Shown in pieces: positions 1 through 12,358 of a DNA stretch of 64,000 nt. A program made the translations under genes and the position numbers. A model generated the notes under the pieces. The model worked only from the letters and a program-made list of their open reading frames with translations. It had not been told where the DNA came from and did not search any database. Each line of letters begins with the position of its first letter. Position 1 is the first letter of the stretch. The stretch comes from Neoechinorhynchus agilis (Eukaryota > Animalia > Acanthocephala). The DNA is taken from the NCBI GenBank assembly GCA_051530055.1, contig CM121341.1, positions 6,860,784-6,924,783 of the forward strand, given 5' to 3'.

Positions 1-956
1 TTCAATATCTGATGACTTTTTTACCATACAAATGGCATTCGAGATCATATTTGAGATGTTTGGTAGTGTAGAATCCAGTATATCCACGAGTGCACGATCT
101 TTCTTCATTTCATCTATATCAGATATGCACATAGTGCAAAACTTCATGAGATTTCGCTTTTCGCGAAATGTAAGATTTTTACTAGCGAAAACTTCTGATC
201 GACTGCATGGGACCTATTTTTGTTTTTAATTGGACATTAAGAACAAATTTTAAAACACTGACTTTCTGTAATCCACTCTCTGTTAAGGTCATAATATCGT
301 CCACCTGATGAAAGCAGCAATATCGATGAACCCCAGTCTTCGCTAAGATATTGATTATTGGATCTGAAGCTCTTATAAGCTTAGGACTTATGTCAACTGA
401 AAGTGTTCTGTTGAACTTTCGCACTTCTTGATCCGTCCATGCGTTAAATTTCGATTTCACAGTGCATTAAAAGACTTCGAACTGAGAACTCGCAATTTTC
501 CCTCTTTCAGTAAACTAAGCAACTCGTCCAAGGTGTCGCCTTTTACCTAGTGATTTGTTCTTTTTATCGAAAACTTGTATCATTACTTACAAATTTCAAA
601 GATCGATTGACAAATTGACATTGTGAAGATATTATATGTGAAACTTTATTTGTTGGACTAATCGATTTTGCCCATTGAACAAGTTCGTCCAAGCAAAATG
701 TCGATGATTCACTTCCGTATGTTTTGTCACTTCCGAAATGTCTTTTGTCCAAATAAATGCTTTAAGCACGAACTTACCAATCCACATGGAGAATCCTTTT
801 GCCTGACTTAGACAAATAAGCAGAAATTATACTTTCAGGAAGTCCTAAAGATTATTGCGTAGAGCGGTCCATGGAGGAAACTTTAAAATTCTACATGCCT
901 GTACCAATGACAACGCAATCAAATTCCTGTTGAATCAGATCTGAACTCTCGGTCAT
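1..956 (-). CDS. CHM: Rab escort protein / Rab-GDI family, 5' part (continues beyond window start); spliced
   Basis: Spliced translation gives [41 protein letters not shown]..DKTYG and LSVDISPKLIRASDPIINILAKTGVHRYCCF, matching the REP motifs [18 protein letters not shown] and IDLxPKLL. Intron 845-898 is GC-AG; a GT-AG intron lies near 740-775. Confidence 0.8.
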
Positions 957-1196
957 CTATAATAAGTTCTAATCAAAATGAAACCGTTGATAATTGCGAT
1001 TTTTATGCAATTGTAAACATTTTCTTGAAGAACCGACATTTTGTATTGTTTATTGAGACAATTTTTAAAGTTAAAGTATAGATAACTAAGTTCTAATCAA
1101 AATGAAAACTATGCAATTGTAAACATTTTCTTGTAGGACCGACATTTTGTATTGTTTATTGAGACAAAATTTGTAAAAGTTCTGATGGGAACGAAG

Positions 1197-1432
1197 GAAC
1201 ATCTTTATTTTCTTTTATTAGTTTTGCCATCCCGAATTTAAATTCACTAATTTATTTCCTCGATATTCCACGTCGGATAAACAATGACAAACCTTGACGA
1301 AATGTCGGAATTATCTGAGAAATGAAATATCGAGGAAATAAATTAGCGAATTTAAATTTCCGGGGTGGCAAAACTAAGAAAAAGAAACTATCTTTTCCCC
1401 GAAGATAATAATCCAGAACATCTTTATTTTCC
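1197..1432. mobile_element. MITE-like foldback element
   Basis: Imperfect ~60-bp inverted arms (tagttttgcca..aatttaaattc..atttcctcgatatt / aatatcgaggaaat..gaatttaaatt..tggcaaaacta). Direct repeat gaacatctttattttc at both ends. A homologous half copy lies at ~40490-40625. Confidence 0.55.
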
Positions 1433-2279
1433 TTTGTTTGTTGTTGTTGTTGTTGCGACTAACCATTTTCCAATTAAAACTCTACTCAATGGTGGGAGAG
1501 GTTTGAAAATTTAGAGCGAGACGGGTCGGGGCATTTGTAATTCTCCCTTTTTTCGACGGTGTCCTTTTCAGCACTTCACCGGCCCATAAAACTGCAAAGG
1601 ACAAGAATCGATTTGAAAATGGATATTTACGCCTGAAATTTCACGGCAGACTAAAAATCGGTACAATAAAATCGTCCAGTGTGATTAGACGAAATATTTC
1701 AATTAAAGTCAGTCTCATTTTCAATTGGTAGAAGTGATTTTTTTAGCTAATAATCCTAATTAATAATTCAAATAAAATGTAGTTTTGCGCTATCAAGATC
1801 TAAAAGCAAGATAGTGATAATTTAATTATAAAAAAATTATTTAAATTTAATTCTACCCGTGGCATTAATCACGACCCATCTCGAACGCCCCAATCGAAAT
1901 TGCGTCGGTAATTTTCAAACTAAACTTCAAAATAACGACTAAGGAAATTCTTAAAATTCTAATAAAGGAGGGGCGAAGGATATAAAATATCCCTTGGAAC
2001 GAAAGAATAAAGATGCAAAGAAAGCATTTGAGTTTATCAGTATTGATTGTTAAAAATAACGTTTTTTCTTCGGATCGGCAGTAAATAGAAGTTGTTTCCG
2101 TTTCGTCGGATTTCTTCACGTCTACCTTTTAGAGCTGAAACAGACGAAATATTGGAAAATTAATAAATCTCTATTTTCCTTATCACAAGAAGATATCGAT
2201 TGGCTCAATGATTATTTTTGTCTACGATTCGCTTTTTCATTTTAAACCGCGAATCAAAATCCGAAAATGTATTTAAGAC

Positions 2280-2910
2280 ATGAAACAGATTCATTTTGTC
2301 ACAGGAAACGCGAACAAAGTTAAAGAATTGGAACGAATCCTTCAAAACCGATCTTTATCTCTTGGTATTGTGCCATTATTACTCGATATCGACGAATTGC
2401 AATCGGACAATGTGAATTTAATCGCGACTCGTAAATGTGAATTAGCTAAGAAAAGATTAAACTTGGATTATGTGCTAGTGGAAGACACGAGTCTTAGTTT
2501 CAACGCATTGAATGGATTACCTGGACCTATGATCAAGTGGTTTCTGAAACATTTAAAACCCGAGGGACTATAAAGAGCGAAAGATTTCTTTTGGTCTTAA
2601 AAAAGAAACCTTTTCTTACAAACTCCTTGCTGGGTTCGAAGATAAGACAGCAGTTGCACGTTGCATCTTTGCCTTTGGCGACCATCAAGGCGTTCAGCTT
2701 TTCAATGGCGAAACCGATGGAATAATCGTTAGTCCGCGAGGTGATCAATCCTTTGGCTGGGACCCTTGTTTTCAACCCAAAGGATTCAAGGAAACCTACG
2801 CGGAAATGAATCCAGAACAAAAAGATAGCGTCTCTCATCGATCACGGGCACTTTATAAACTTGGTGAATTTTTAAAAGACTGGTTGCAGGAGGATGTGAG
2901 TGCTCGATAA
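2280..2910 (+). CDS. ITPA: Inosine triphosphate pyrophosphatase (Ham1 family), with one 46-nt insert/intron at ~2571-2616
   Basis: [28 protein letters not shown], then [31 protein letters not shown] after removing the 46-nt insert. Confidence 0.93.
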
Positions 2911-3170
2911 AAAACGAACTACTGTCTGAAAGCACTAAATTATTAGACATTTTCTTCGAGAGAGCATTAAAAGCTGTGAAAAATTCATTCAAAAGTACTT
3001 TACTTCAATTTACTTTTATAGAATTATCCAAATGATTTCTCGCTTTCGTGGAGAGCTGTTGGGTTTTTTTTGAAATTATATTAAGAAGCAATTCATGTCT
3101 ACGGTCACGAACCAATTATGAACAATGGAGCTTAAATTTATTTAGCTTCCGGTAAGATTAAAAACAACAA

Positions 3171-3426
3171 CCCAACTTGTTCTGAATGCTTTAATGTTTC
3201 AATAAAGCTCTCATTTTTGTCTGCTTTCATGAAGGCGAGAAATATACTGAACAAAAAAGCTAATGCTTTCATTTGGATAATTTCACAAATTAAAAGTACA
3301 GCGCGTCAATTTCTTTTTATAGAATTATCCAAATGGAATCAATAACTCTTATTTTTGTCACATTCACGAAAACCCATAAAAATGAGAGCTTTATCGAAAC
3401 ATTAAAACATTCAGAACAAGTTTGGG
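3171..3426. repeat. AT-rich foldback (inverted repeat) element
   Basis: cccaacttgttctgaatgctttaatgtttcaataaagctctcattttt pairs imperfectly with aaaaatgagagctttatcgaaacattaaaacattcagaacaagtttggg. Confidence 0.55.
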
Positions 3427-4669
3427 TTTTTTTGAAATTTTATTAAGAAGCAATTCATGCATGTCTGCGGTAACGAATTTATTCCGTTTTTTCTAGGAAT
3501 TATCTTATTGATACCAGTTTATACAAAGATGATTTAAAGATTAAAAATATAATGGTTTATGTCATTCATCAAAATATTTTGGCATCAACTGTTCTCGTGT
3601 TATGCTCAAATCGAGGATAAGCTGAGTAATCAAAACAATTAGCTGCCAAATTTACGTGCTTCTTAGATCTATTTTCTTAACCCGAATCCTGATTTTTGTT
3701 GGATTAACTTAGGTTGTCATTTTGGTAGTCGAATACGAATAGGACACTTAAACAATCCATGGAAAAATCGGAATTATCCGGCGAAAAATATTGGTAATAA
3801 ATTAGTCAATTTAAATCTCTTTATCGTATGGTTTTGTTTTAGCAAAATGACAGTGTAAAATTTAAGAGAGTAACTCTTAAAATCCCGAAATTTATTAGTT
3901 TAGTCGATTTTTCCATAATGGCACAAACCGATGATACCAAACTGTTTTTTTTTCGATAAATGGAAAAATTTCATCTATTTATTGAAAGCTTATAGATACT
4001 CGTCGTAAGTTGTTTACCTACTTTATGAAGAAAAGACTAATGAGTCACTCGGCGAAAGCAAAGTGTAAAATTTACAAGTCTGTGCTATTCTACGTACCTT
4101 TAAAGCTTTTCCGTCTTTATTAAATAGGGTGGGCATCATTGTTTTACTCAAGAAATACTTTCATTTTAAGACTACGAGCAAATGGCGACTATCGCTGACA
4201 CCAACGAAACAGTCTTTTTTGCTGAAACTTTCAGCAAGTTCGTCAAAGAAGATAAAAGTGCACCTAGATTCACGGTTATTCCTGTTCAAGATGAATATCA
4301 CAATGTGGTGGATAGGTAAAGTTTAAACACGTTAAATGACTCGTTTCTTGATGCAAATTCTCGATGTTTTAACGCTTTCGAAACCCCAGTTTATTTTTGA
4401 AAGTTGTACAGAATTATCCTTTGGTGAAAAAATCATGATTTGTTTGTCACGACTTTCGCTTTCTAATCAAAACAGAAACTTAAAGTAGCTCTAAGAGCAA
4501 TTGAAAAGCGAAACTAGCAACATTTCTTTGGAGAGCAATGTGAAAATGAATCGTAAGCCGAAATTTTTTAAACTCTTTTTGATGTAAATAAGTTCATTTA
4601 TTTTAACACAATATACCTTTTCATTAGGCGTATAAGTCAAAACAGCTTATATAGATTCTCCATTTTATC

Positions 4670-6415
4670 GGAAACAAGCAATGGTGAAAATGATTTAATT
4701 GTACGCATAAATGTTTCTGGAACAATATTCGAGACGATGCAGTCGACTTTTACGGCATTTCCGAATACCCTTCTCGGAAACTCACGGCGTATGGAAGCGT
4801 ATTACAATTCAAATAGTCAAGAATACGTGTTCGATCGCGATCCAGACTGCTTCGAGGAAATATTCGGATATTATCAAAGCGGCGGAAAATCGCTATCAAA
4901 GCCTAATGATGTTGTGCTTATCGATTTCCTTCGTGAGATTATTTTCTTTGATTTAGGTCCTAGTGCAGTAGGCGGGCATGTCATTTCCTAGTTGAAAATG
5001 TTGAGTCTAAAAGATTTCAAAGTTAAAAATGAAAAGCATCTCGAAAATGATTTAGACCTAAAAAAGAGACTTGTATTTGAGGGAGTTTTCTCATCGCAAA
5101 AAAGACATGGACGAAATCAGCCGATAAAGCAGTTCTCTATTCTTAAAATGGACCAACATATTATTGAGCTGCTTTGTCATCTTCGTAAAATTAACCATAA
5201 AAGTGAAGACGTTCTTTTTATATTGCTTGAGCCATCATTTTTGGGAGGTGGCGTGTTAAATGTGACTCTAACCTCTTCCATGCGCTTCTTTGTAAGATTA
5301 ACGGTTTTAAAAAGTGAATGAACGCTTTAGTTGAATTTCGCATGAATCCAATAACCTCTAGAGTGACTAAAATCTCACAAAAAATCTGCTTAAAAGTAGA
5401 ATTGGAAATGACATGGCGGTAGATAGATCAAGTGCTCACTCAGCACAAATCATTCCGACTTCTTGCTTCCGTTCAACCTGTATCTGAATTTATGTTCAAA
5501 AGTTACTTCTGGGACCTACTGGAGCACCCGTCTTCAGGAAAGGTGGCTAAATCATACGCAATTGTACGAATAATTCTCATGGTCACAATAGCCCTACTCG
5601 CGACCATATCCAGCAGCAAGTACAATGCTAGCTTGGGAATAAGCGGATACGACGAATGGGTGGCATCTCCTTTATTCATCGTCCAAGCCGGTCTTTTGTT
5701 CTTAATTACAATCGACTTCCTTCTTCGTCTCGTCTTCTGCCCACATTGGAAACGATTCTTCAAATCGCCATTCAATCTTATCGATGCTGCCAACTCATTC
5801 TTTCTAACAGTATTCTGTCTCACTCTCATACTCACAGTATCATCCGGTGGACACACTGAAAGTATCGACAAACACATCGTCAACATCTTCCTCCTTTGTG
5901 AGATACTCCAACTCTACAAAGTGTACAAACATAACTCTCTCCTTCGAGCGGTCACTTCGACCGTTGTCTCGAAATCAGGCGAAATTCTCTCAGTATTCAT
6001 TATTATAATCCTGGCTGCAGGTGTCTTCGGCTATGCATTCTACGTCGTAGAATATGAGAGTCGAGAAGAAGATGGTTCATTGCTAACCGCAGTCATGTGG
6101 GCATTGGTAACTATGACCACTGTTGGCTATGGGAACGTGGTTCCAAAGACATCTTTAGGACGATTGGTTGCTTGGGCATGCATTCTGGCATCTCGAGTGC
6201 TGTTTAGTATGCTTATTCCCATTTTCGGGGAAGCCTATCAGCAATACGTAAACGGCATAAAAAGTGCACAACAGTTCAATATTCTTGTCACAAAAAAGGA
6301 AAACAAAATTGAGTGCTTATCGAGGGGCAGTACGACCACATCGGAAAATATTCTGGACGATGTGACAGAAGTCCTCAGCGAGGATGGTAGTACGTACAAT
6401 GACGATAAGGCCTAA
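4670..6415 (+). CDS. Kv-type potassium channel subunit (T1 domain + S1-S6), divergent S4; 5' end not defined
   Basis: T1 motif RINVSGTIFET..FPNTLLG..EYVFDRDPDCFEEIFGYYQSGG (4700-4960). Six-TM exon 5427-6415 with WDLLEHPSS, FFKSPFNLID and pore TMTTVGYGNVVP. Confidence 0.9.
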
Positions 6416-6544
6416 ATGGAATCATATATAATCTTGTAAAATATTTAATTCCAACACTATTCTGCAACTGTGTTTTTAGAGCTGCGAAATAAGAACATGT
6501 TCACACAATGAAGTTTCTTTTCTTCCAACAAAGAGAGTTTGAAA

Positions 6545-6975
6545 AATATATACGCAACCGCTCTGGATCACCCAGCTGCCGTCGTACGGATGCAGTGTTC
6601 CTTCGCCGGTTGCAGGACAGGCTTATGTTTTGTAGGAGGAATGCTCGTGCCGTCGGATCGGTCCTGCGAAGTGGTACCAAACAACCCGAGTGTCTCGGCG
6701 CCAAAGGGAACGAAATAAGAATTTCGACTCAGGGCCCTGTATTTAATCTTTTTGCGTTCCTCAGCGGCGGTTGCTGCTTCCCCTCTGGTTTAATAGTGGC
6801 GAATTTTATGTTTATGGCTGCGAGTGTGGCGTCCCATAGAAGGTATATGACTTCTCTCGCCACAGGAATGCTGTGAAACCGTCCGGTCCACGGCCATCGA
6901 GTCGGCAAAGATTGCTCGGTTATCGGATGTTGGGCCTACTCCCGCAGCATTTAGAATGAGACGTTCGACTTTAAA
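6545..6975 (-). mobile_element. CRE-clade non-LTR retrotransposon 3' fragment (restriction-like endonuclease), decayed
   Basis: Frameshifted translation DGRGPDGFTAFLWRE..WD..AEERKKIKYRALSRNSYFVPFGAETLGLFG matches the RLE PD..D / KY..L..FVPFGVET motif. Confidence 0.75.
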
Positions 6976-8059
6976 CTGATAGTTTTCTGAAATATGACAT
7001 TTTATCACATGAATTAAAAGCAGCGCCAGATTGAAAATTTGTTCATAAAACTTAAAAAATCCCGTAACAGTAAGTTTTGATTTTACAATTCTACAGATAC
7101 GTTCTATGGGCGTTTATGCAAAAACATTCGTGTATAATTCCCTCAAACTTGTTCCAAGAGAAGTGAAATTTTCCCACAACTTTCGCTTGTATAACATTCC
7201 TGCATTTCACTTCCCCGCACAACCAAAAATATAGAACGTTTCGCATATACTCGATAAACGATTCACTAAATTTCTTTACGGAAATTGCAGAGCGTTCGTC
7301 CAGGACGTAGAGAATATTATCTTGTTTGTAAATGATTTCGCAATATTTGGGAATACTATTAAGCAGTTGCAATCACAAAAATGGAAAACGCTCCTCAAAT
7401 TGAGGTAATCACTAATAAAGGATTCTCACCGGTAAAAGCGAAAACTGTGAGTAAATCGGTTTTGAATTGAGACCGACTTGAAATAGGAATAATTAATAAT
7501 AAAGACAATGCCATTGTTTTCATCTATATTAATTGATTGCGAAAATAGATGCAGTCGTTTATAAATTAAATCAACGCTTATAACCTAAAAATAACCGGAT
7601 CTAGAATACATTTATGACCATTAGGCGGAATTGTGAAATCTGAACTTATTTTGGCGCATTTTAAAATTTAATAGAGCAAAATGTAAAAGTTGAGAACTTT
7701 TGTTAGCGGCAGAATTCTAAACATTTGATTGTAACCTACTGTGTGAACGTGTTCTTAATTCCAAGCTCTATAAAAATTTATACAGGAAAATGTTTACTGT
7801 TCTTGTTAAGCAGCTCAATAAAAATTTTGCTGATAAAAATGCTTCCGATGGATCGACCGACAAGCCAATTGCGAGAAATGATAAAACAGCAAAAAAATAG
7901 GAAGTTCCAAACATAGCAACTCGACGACATACAAGTACAATCATTGCTTAAGATCGCGGTTTTTCGTGTTACTTTTGTTCGACATCAAAATTGGTTTCGA
8001 TTTCTATTCGATTTTTTGGAAACGTCAAAATGAATCTTCGTTTTTGATCTCAGGAACGG

Positions 8060-8275
8060 ACTGAACGTGGGCGTCTTACACGAAGGACATCGATACAGGC
8101 AAAAGCTCATTTTGGAAAATTAAAAAACAATTACAAATTATGAGCGTCACAACGCAAAGGAAGACGCAAATGACGAAAAAAACAATTGGAACAAACAAAA
8201 ATTTACAGGTACAAACAAGGAGAAAAAAGAAACAATTTGCAGATTAAGTGATGCTTAGTGCATTGTTGTTCATCG
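8060..8275 (-). pseudogene. Decayed copy of the ZNHIT6 promoter/5' zf-HIT segment
   Basis: Nucleotide homology to 24647-24870 (caacaatgcactaagcatcacttaatctgcaaattgtttc...tatcgatgtccttcgtgt..gacgcc); reading frame broken. Confidence 0.75.
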
Positions 8276-8530
8276 ATTCCGATAAGCTATAGAATTTCAG
8301 CGATCAATAAACAAAGTAATAAACATGAACAAGTCCGACAACAACTGCACGCAAAGAAAACATAGCAAACAACACCACTGAACATTTTACAGCGACAACA
8401 ACGAGAACAACAAAACAACATAAACATGCGTAGGTTCAAATGTTAAAAACCCATTGAATTTTTCTGATTCTTCCGTGCGCACTCGATGAAAAGAACGTCG
8501 CTCCTTCGCGCTCCATTTGTCGTCTGTGAG

Positions 8531-9672
8531 ATGGGGAAGTTAATTCGCGAGAACCGGAAAGCATGGAAAAACTCGTTGTCCAGTCGATTGATTGATTATT
8601 TGACGGAGTTCAAATCATGTTTTGTCGTTGGTGTGGACAATATCAGTTCTCATCAAATGCAATTGATTCGAATTGCGTTAAGGGGAAAAGCCATAGTTTT
8701 CATGGGAAAAAATACCCGGATCCGGAAAGGCATCCAGGCTCATGCAAGTCACGATCCACTCGTTGAGAAGCTCCTTCCGCACATAAAGGATAACGTCGGT
8801 TTCATTTTACAAATGACGACATTAACGAAATAAAGAAAATCGTCGAAGATTACAAGTTCAAAGCTCCGGCAAAAGTTGGTGCGATTGCTCCGGACGATGT
8901 CCACATTCCGGCACAACAAACATCGCTCGGTCCAGACAAAACGAGTTTCTTCCAAGCGCTACAAATCAGCACCAAAATCACTAAAGGAAAAGTAGAAATT
9001 TTGGTAAGTGTTTTGGAAACTAAACTTTTTTATTTATTTTTATTTGTGAAGAACAATGTTCATCTGATTAAGAAAGGAAACAAAGTGAATGCGAGCGAGG
9101 CAACTCTCCTTCAAACTCTCGATATCACTCCTTTCCATTACACTCTTCAACTTAAACAAGGTACTAAAAAAAGGTTTTGAACTATAAGAACGTTTGGTTT
9201 GCAGTCTACGACAAGGGATCTTGTTTCGATCCATTTGTTCTCGAAATCACCGACGAAGATATAATGGAAAAGTTCAAAAAGCACGTTTCGAATCTGACAA
9301 CCGCGAGTCTTGCCATCGGAGTACCCAATGAGTTTTCAGCTCCTTTATTTGCCAAAGTGGCATTCACTCCTTTGCTTGCAATTACCTTAGCAGCTTGTGA
9401 AGATGCGGATAGTTGCTGGCTCGAACAAGCCAAATCGGTATGAAATGTGCTCCTTTTTACTCCTTTTTTCGCACGTAATTCTCCAGTACAAGGAAATCCT
9501 TTCTGATCCAGAAAAGATGGCGGCTGCTGCAGCGGCAGCGGCTGCGGCTACCAATGTCCCATCGGCTCAGTCGACCGAAACTGCCGGAATAGCCGGTGGA
9601 AAACACGAAGCTTCAGCTGAAGAATCCAATGACTCCGACGATGAAGAAGGCATGTTCGATTTGTTCGGTTAA
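8531..9672 (+). CDS. RPLP0: 60S acidic ribosomal protein P0, copy A (3 GT-AG introns; one -1 indel near 8805)
   Basis: [74 protein letters not shown]. Introns at ~9004-9051, ~9161-9204 and ~9439-9486. Acidic C-terminus. Confidence 0.95.
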
Positions 9673-10189
9673 ACTTCAAATAAACAAGTGAAATCCAACG
9701 CCTTTAATAATTAATTCATTTAAATATGCTACCAAATATTCCGTTAATGTGATCGATTTTTTTTCGTTCAAAAATAAGCGGATTTTTCTGTTTTCATTTA
9801 TGCCGATGAAGCAATCGATAAATCGAGACTTTTCTTGGCCATTTTGTGACCAATGCAAACTCAAGAGCATTCATTTCCATTCGAACATGCAAAACTGTTT
9901 CGTTTCTTCGCAGATCGGCAAAAGAGCCAATATTTGAAAATGATTAAATTATGCCGATTAGCTAAAGCGAATTATTCTTAAGGCACCCAAAAGAGTTCAA
10001 TTCTTTTAAACTGAACTTTTGACGGTCACGCGAAAATCTAGGAGATTTGCATTGCGCAAACTCTAAACTTTCAAAGCAAAAACTAAATTTAACCGCTGAT
10101 GTCGACTGAAATGTTTTAATCGCATAAAATTGAAGTGGACTTCATTTATAAAGGCTAAAAAATGTAACATTTAAAAATCGAGTAAAGCC

Positions 10190-10550
10190 GCACCCTTGGA
10201 GGCGACCTTCTCCCTGTTCTGGGAGATCTTAACCGCATCATCGAGATGATCTCCAAAATGGGCCTCGAGTTTAACAGCTCAAAGTGTGAATTGCTACTCC
10301 TGAACATGGACGAAACAGAAAACTCGCAGATACACAAACAATTCAAAAATGTCGCTCCGGGCATCAAATGAATCAATATCTGCGACTTCAGTCTCCTGGT
10401 TTCGTTGGTTTCCAAGGAGAATGTTCGGAAGGACGTATCGAAACCTTAGCCGTTTCGACGATGAAATCCGTCCCATAATGACTGGAATCTTAGATGTTGA
10501 TGTTTCCGACCCGCCGTCACAGAATTTGATTCATCTGTGTCCCGAATAAG
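10190..10550 (+). mobile_element. CRE-like non-LTR reverse transcriptase fragment
   Basis: TLGGDLLPVLGDLNRIIEMISKMGLEFNSSKCELL and RFDDEIRPIMTGILDVDVSD resemble the post-YLDD RT region of CRE elements. Confidence 0.65.
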
Positions 10551-10612
10551 CCGTTTGAATTTTCTAGTTTTTCAGCATTATCATTAAAAAAAACCAAATA
10601 ATAGTTAAGAAG

Positions 10613-11810
10613 ATTTAACTAAACAAAAAAGTGTGGCGAAGTATAGAACCGGCTGATTGCGTGAATCGTACCCAATTTGATGCAACCCATTCTTGGTCGC
10701 CACGTTGAAGAAAGTGAAAGCTGAGATACTCAACAAACTTTTTGCTTGGGGATGTAAAATTCGCGAACGTAAAAGTAGCTCACAACACGAAGAAATTCGT
10801 TGACAATAAGATATTTGCTTCCCGATAATACAAAACAAATTCTAAAGCGAGCTAAATCAATTTAGTTTTGTTTGGGCGAAAAAGACGAACTGTCAGTGAA
10901 TATTGAAAGCATTTTCACGAGTATCAATATTTTTAAAAAAGGAAATCGATAATTCTCGTATTTTCAACACTGGAATAACCCTGCATTTATTACTTTACAA
11001 AAAAAACTGTGGCGAAGAGTAGAATCGGCTTGCGAGGCTCAAGGTAACTGAATCTGAAGTAACCGACTCTTTGTCGCCACGTTGAAGAAAGTTAAAGCTG
11101 AGATATTCAACAAACTTTTTTTCTTGGGAATGTAAAATTCGCGAACGTAAAAGTAGCTCACAACACGAAGAAATTCGTTGACAATAAGATATTTGCTTCC
11201 TGATAATACAAAACGAATTCTAAAGCGAGGAAAATCAATTTAGTTTTTTTCTGGGCGGACGAACTGTTTGTAAATATTGAAGGCGTTTTCACGAGTATCA
11301 ATATTTTTAAAAAAAGGAAATCGATTGTTCTCGCATTTCCAGCTCAGGAATTATCCTGAATTTATTACTTTACAAAAAACTGTGGGGAAGAGTAGAGTCG
11401 GCTTGGGATGCTACAAGTAATTGAATCTGAAGTAGCCGACTCTTTGTCGCCTGGTTGAAGAAAGTGAAAGCTGAGACACTCAACAAACTTTTTGCTTGGG
11501 AATGTAAAATTCGCGAACGTAAAAGTAGCTCACAACACGAAGAAATTCGTTTACAATAAGATATTTGCTTCCCGATAATACAAAACGAATTCTAAAGCGA
11601 GGAAAATCAATTTAGTTTTTTTCTGGGCGGACGAACTGTCAGTAAATATTGAAGGCACTTTCACGAGTATCAATATTTAAAAAAAAGGAAATCGATAATT
11701 CTCGTATTTCCAGCTCTGGAGGCTCAAGGTAACTGAATCTGAAGTCGGCGACTCATTGTCGCCACGTTTATTTCCGTCAAGTTCGAGATAATCAACAAAC
11801 ATTTTTCTTG
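10613..11810 (+). repeat. ~375-bp tandem array (~3 units)
   Basis: Unit starts at ~10613, ~10990 and ~11366 (..ctgtggcgaagagtagaatcggct..aaattcgcgaacgtaaaagtagctcacaacacgaagaaattcg..). Confidence 0.9.
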
Positions 11811-12358
11811 GGAGTGTTTAAATCATCACCTCCAGTAGACTGCTTTCTCTATCCTGAAGAGCGCTTAGGATTTTTCTTCTTTTCAAGAATCGACCACCTA
11901 AATAATTGTCATGGTAACCATTATTTCGTTTTTGCTTTTTCCTGCGAGTACGATGATGTCCAAGATTTGTGTTGATTTGAAACCATATAATGAAAAGAAA
12001 TTCGTGAAGATATATTTTGGAGCAACGAATCACGTACATTAACAATGCACAATGGAGGCTCTACCTTTTATCCTGTTTGTTCCATGATCTGTGATGGATT
12101 TCTTTTAATTAGTTCACTTTATATAAACGATTGCATTTACTTGAAAAAAATAGACTAATATTCGTTTGAAGATTCAAGATTGTGCCTCCGAAAAATAAAA
12201 TCATTTCAATTTCTTCGCCATATAAAACAACCAAACTAATATTCTAAAAATAAACTTTTATTCGCGGTTTATAAATACCATCTACCTTACAATCTCTCTC
12301 TATAGCGAATAATTAACGGAACTCGCACCGATTTTCTAATCTCCAAATCCTTCTTTAT

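Larger units (their letters stand above)
5424..11810 (+). repeat. Left arm (A) of inverted segmental duplication
   Basis: Reverse complement of ~14730-22347, gene for gene (Kv 3' exon, CRE fragments, RPLP0, 375-bp array). Confidence 0.92.

Noticed and set aside
300-320. CTGATGA motifs at ~305 and ~35095 as hammerheads
   Set aside because: They lie within REP and FGD coding regions and have no stem II or GAAA partner.
8790-8835. Pseudogenisation or programmed frameshifting of RPLP0 copies A and C, FGD, XPO7 and ATP5F1C
   Set aside because: Breaks are single-base indels, mostly in homopolymers or dinucleotide runs and at different places in each copy, which is typical of long-read consensus error; needs polishing before interpretation.
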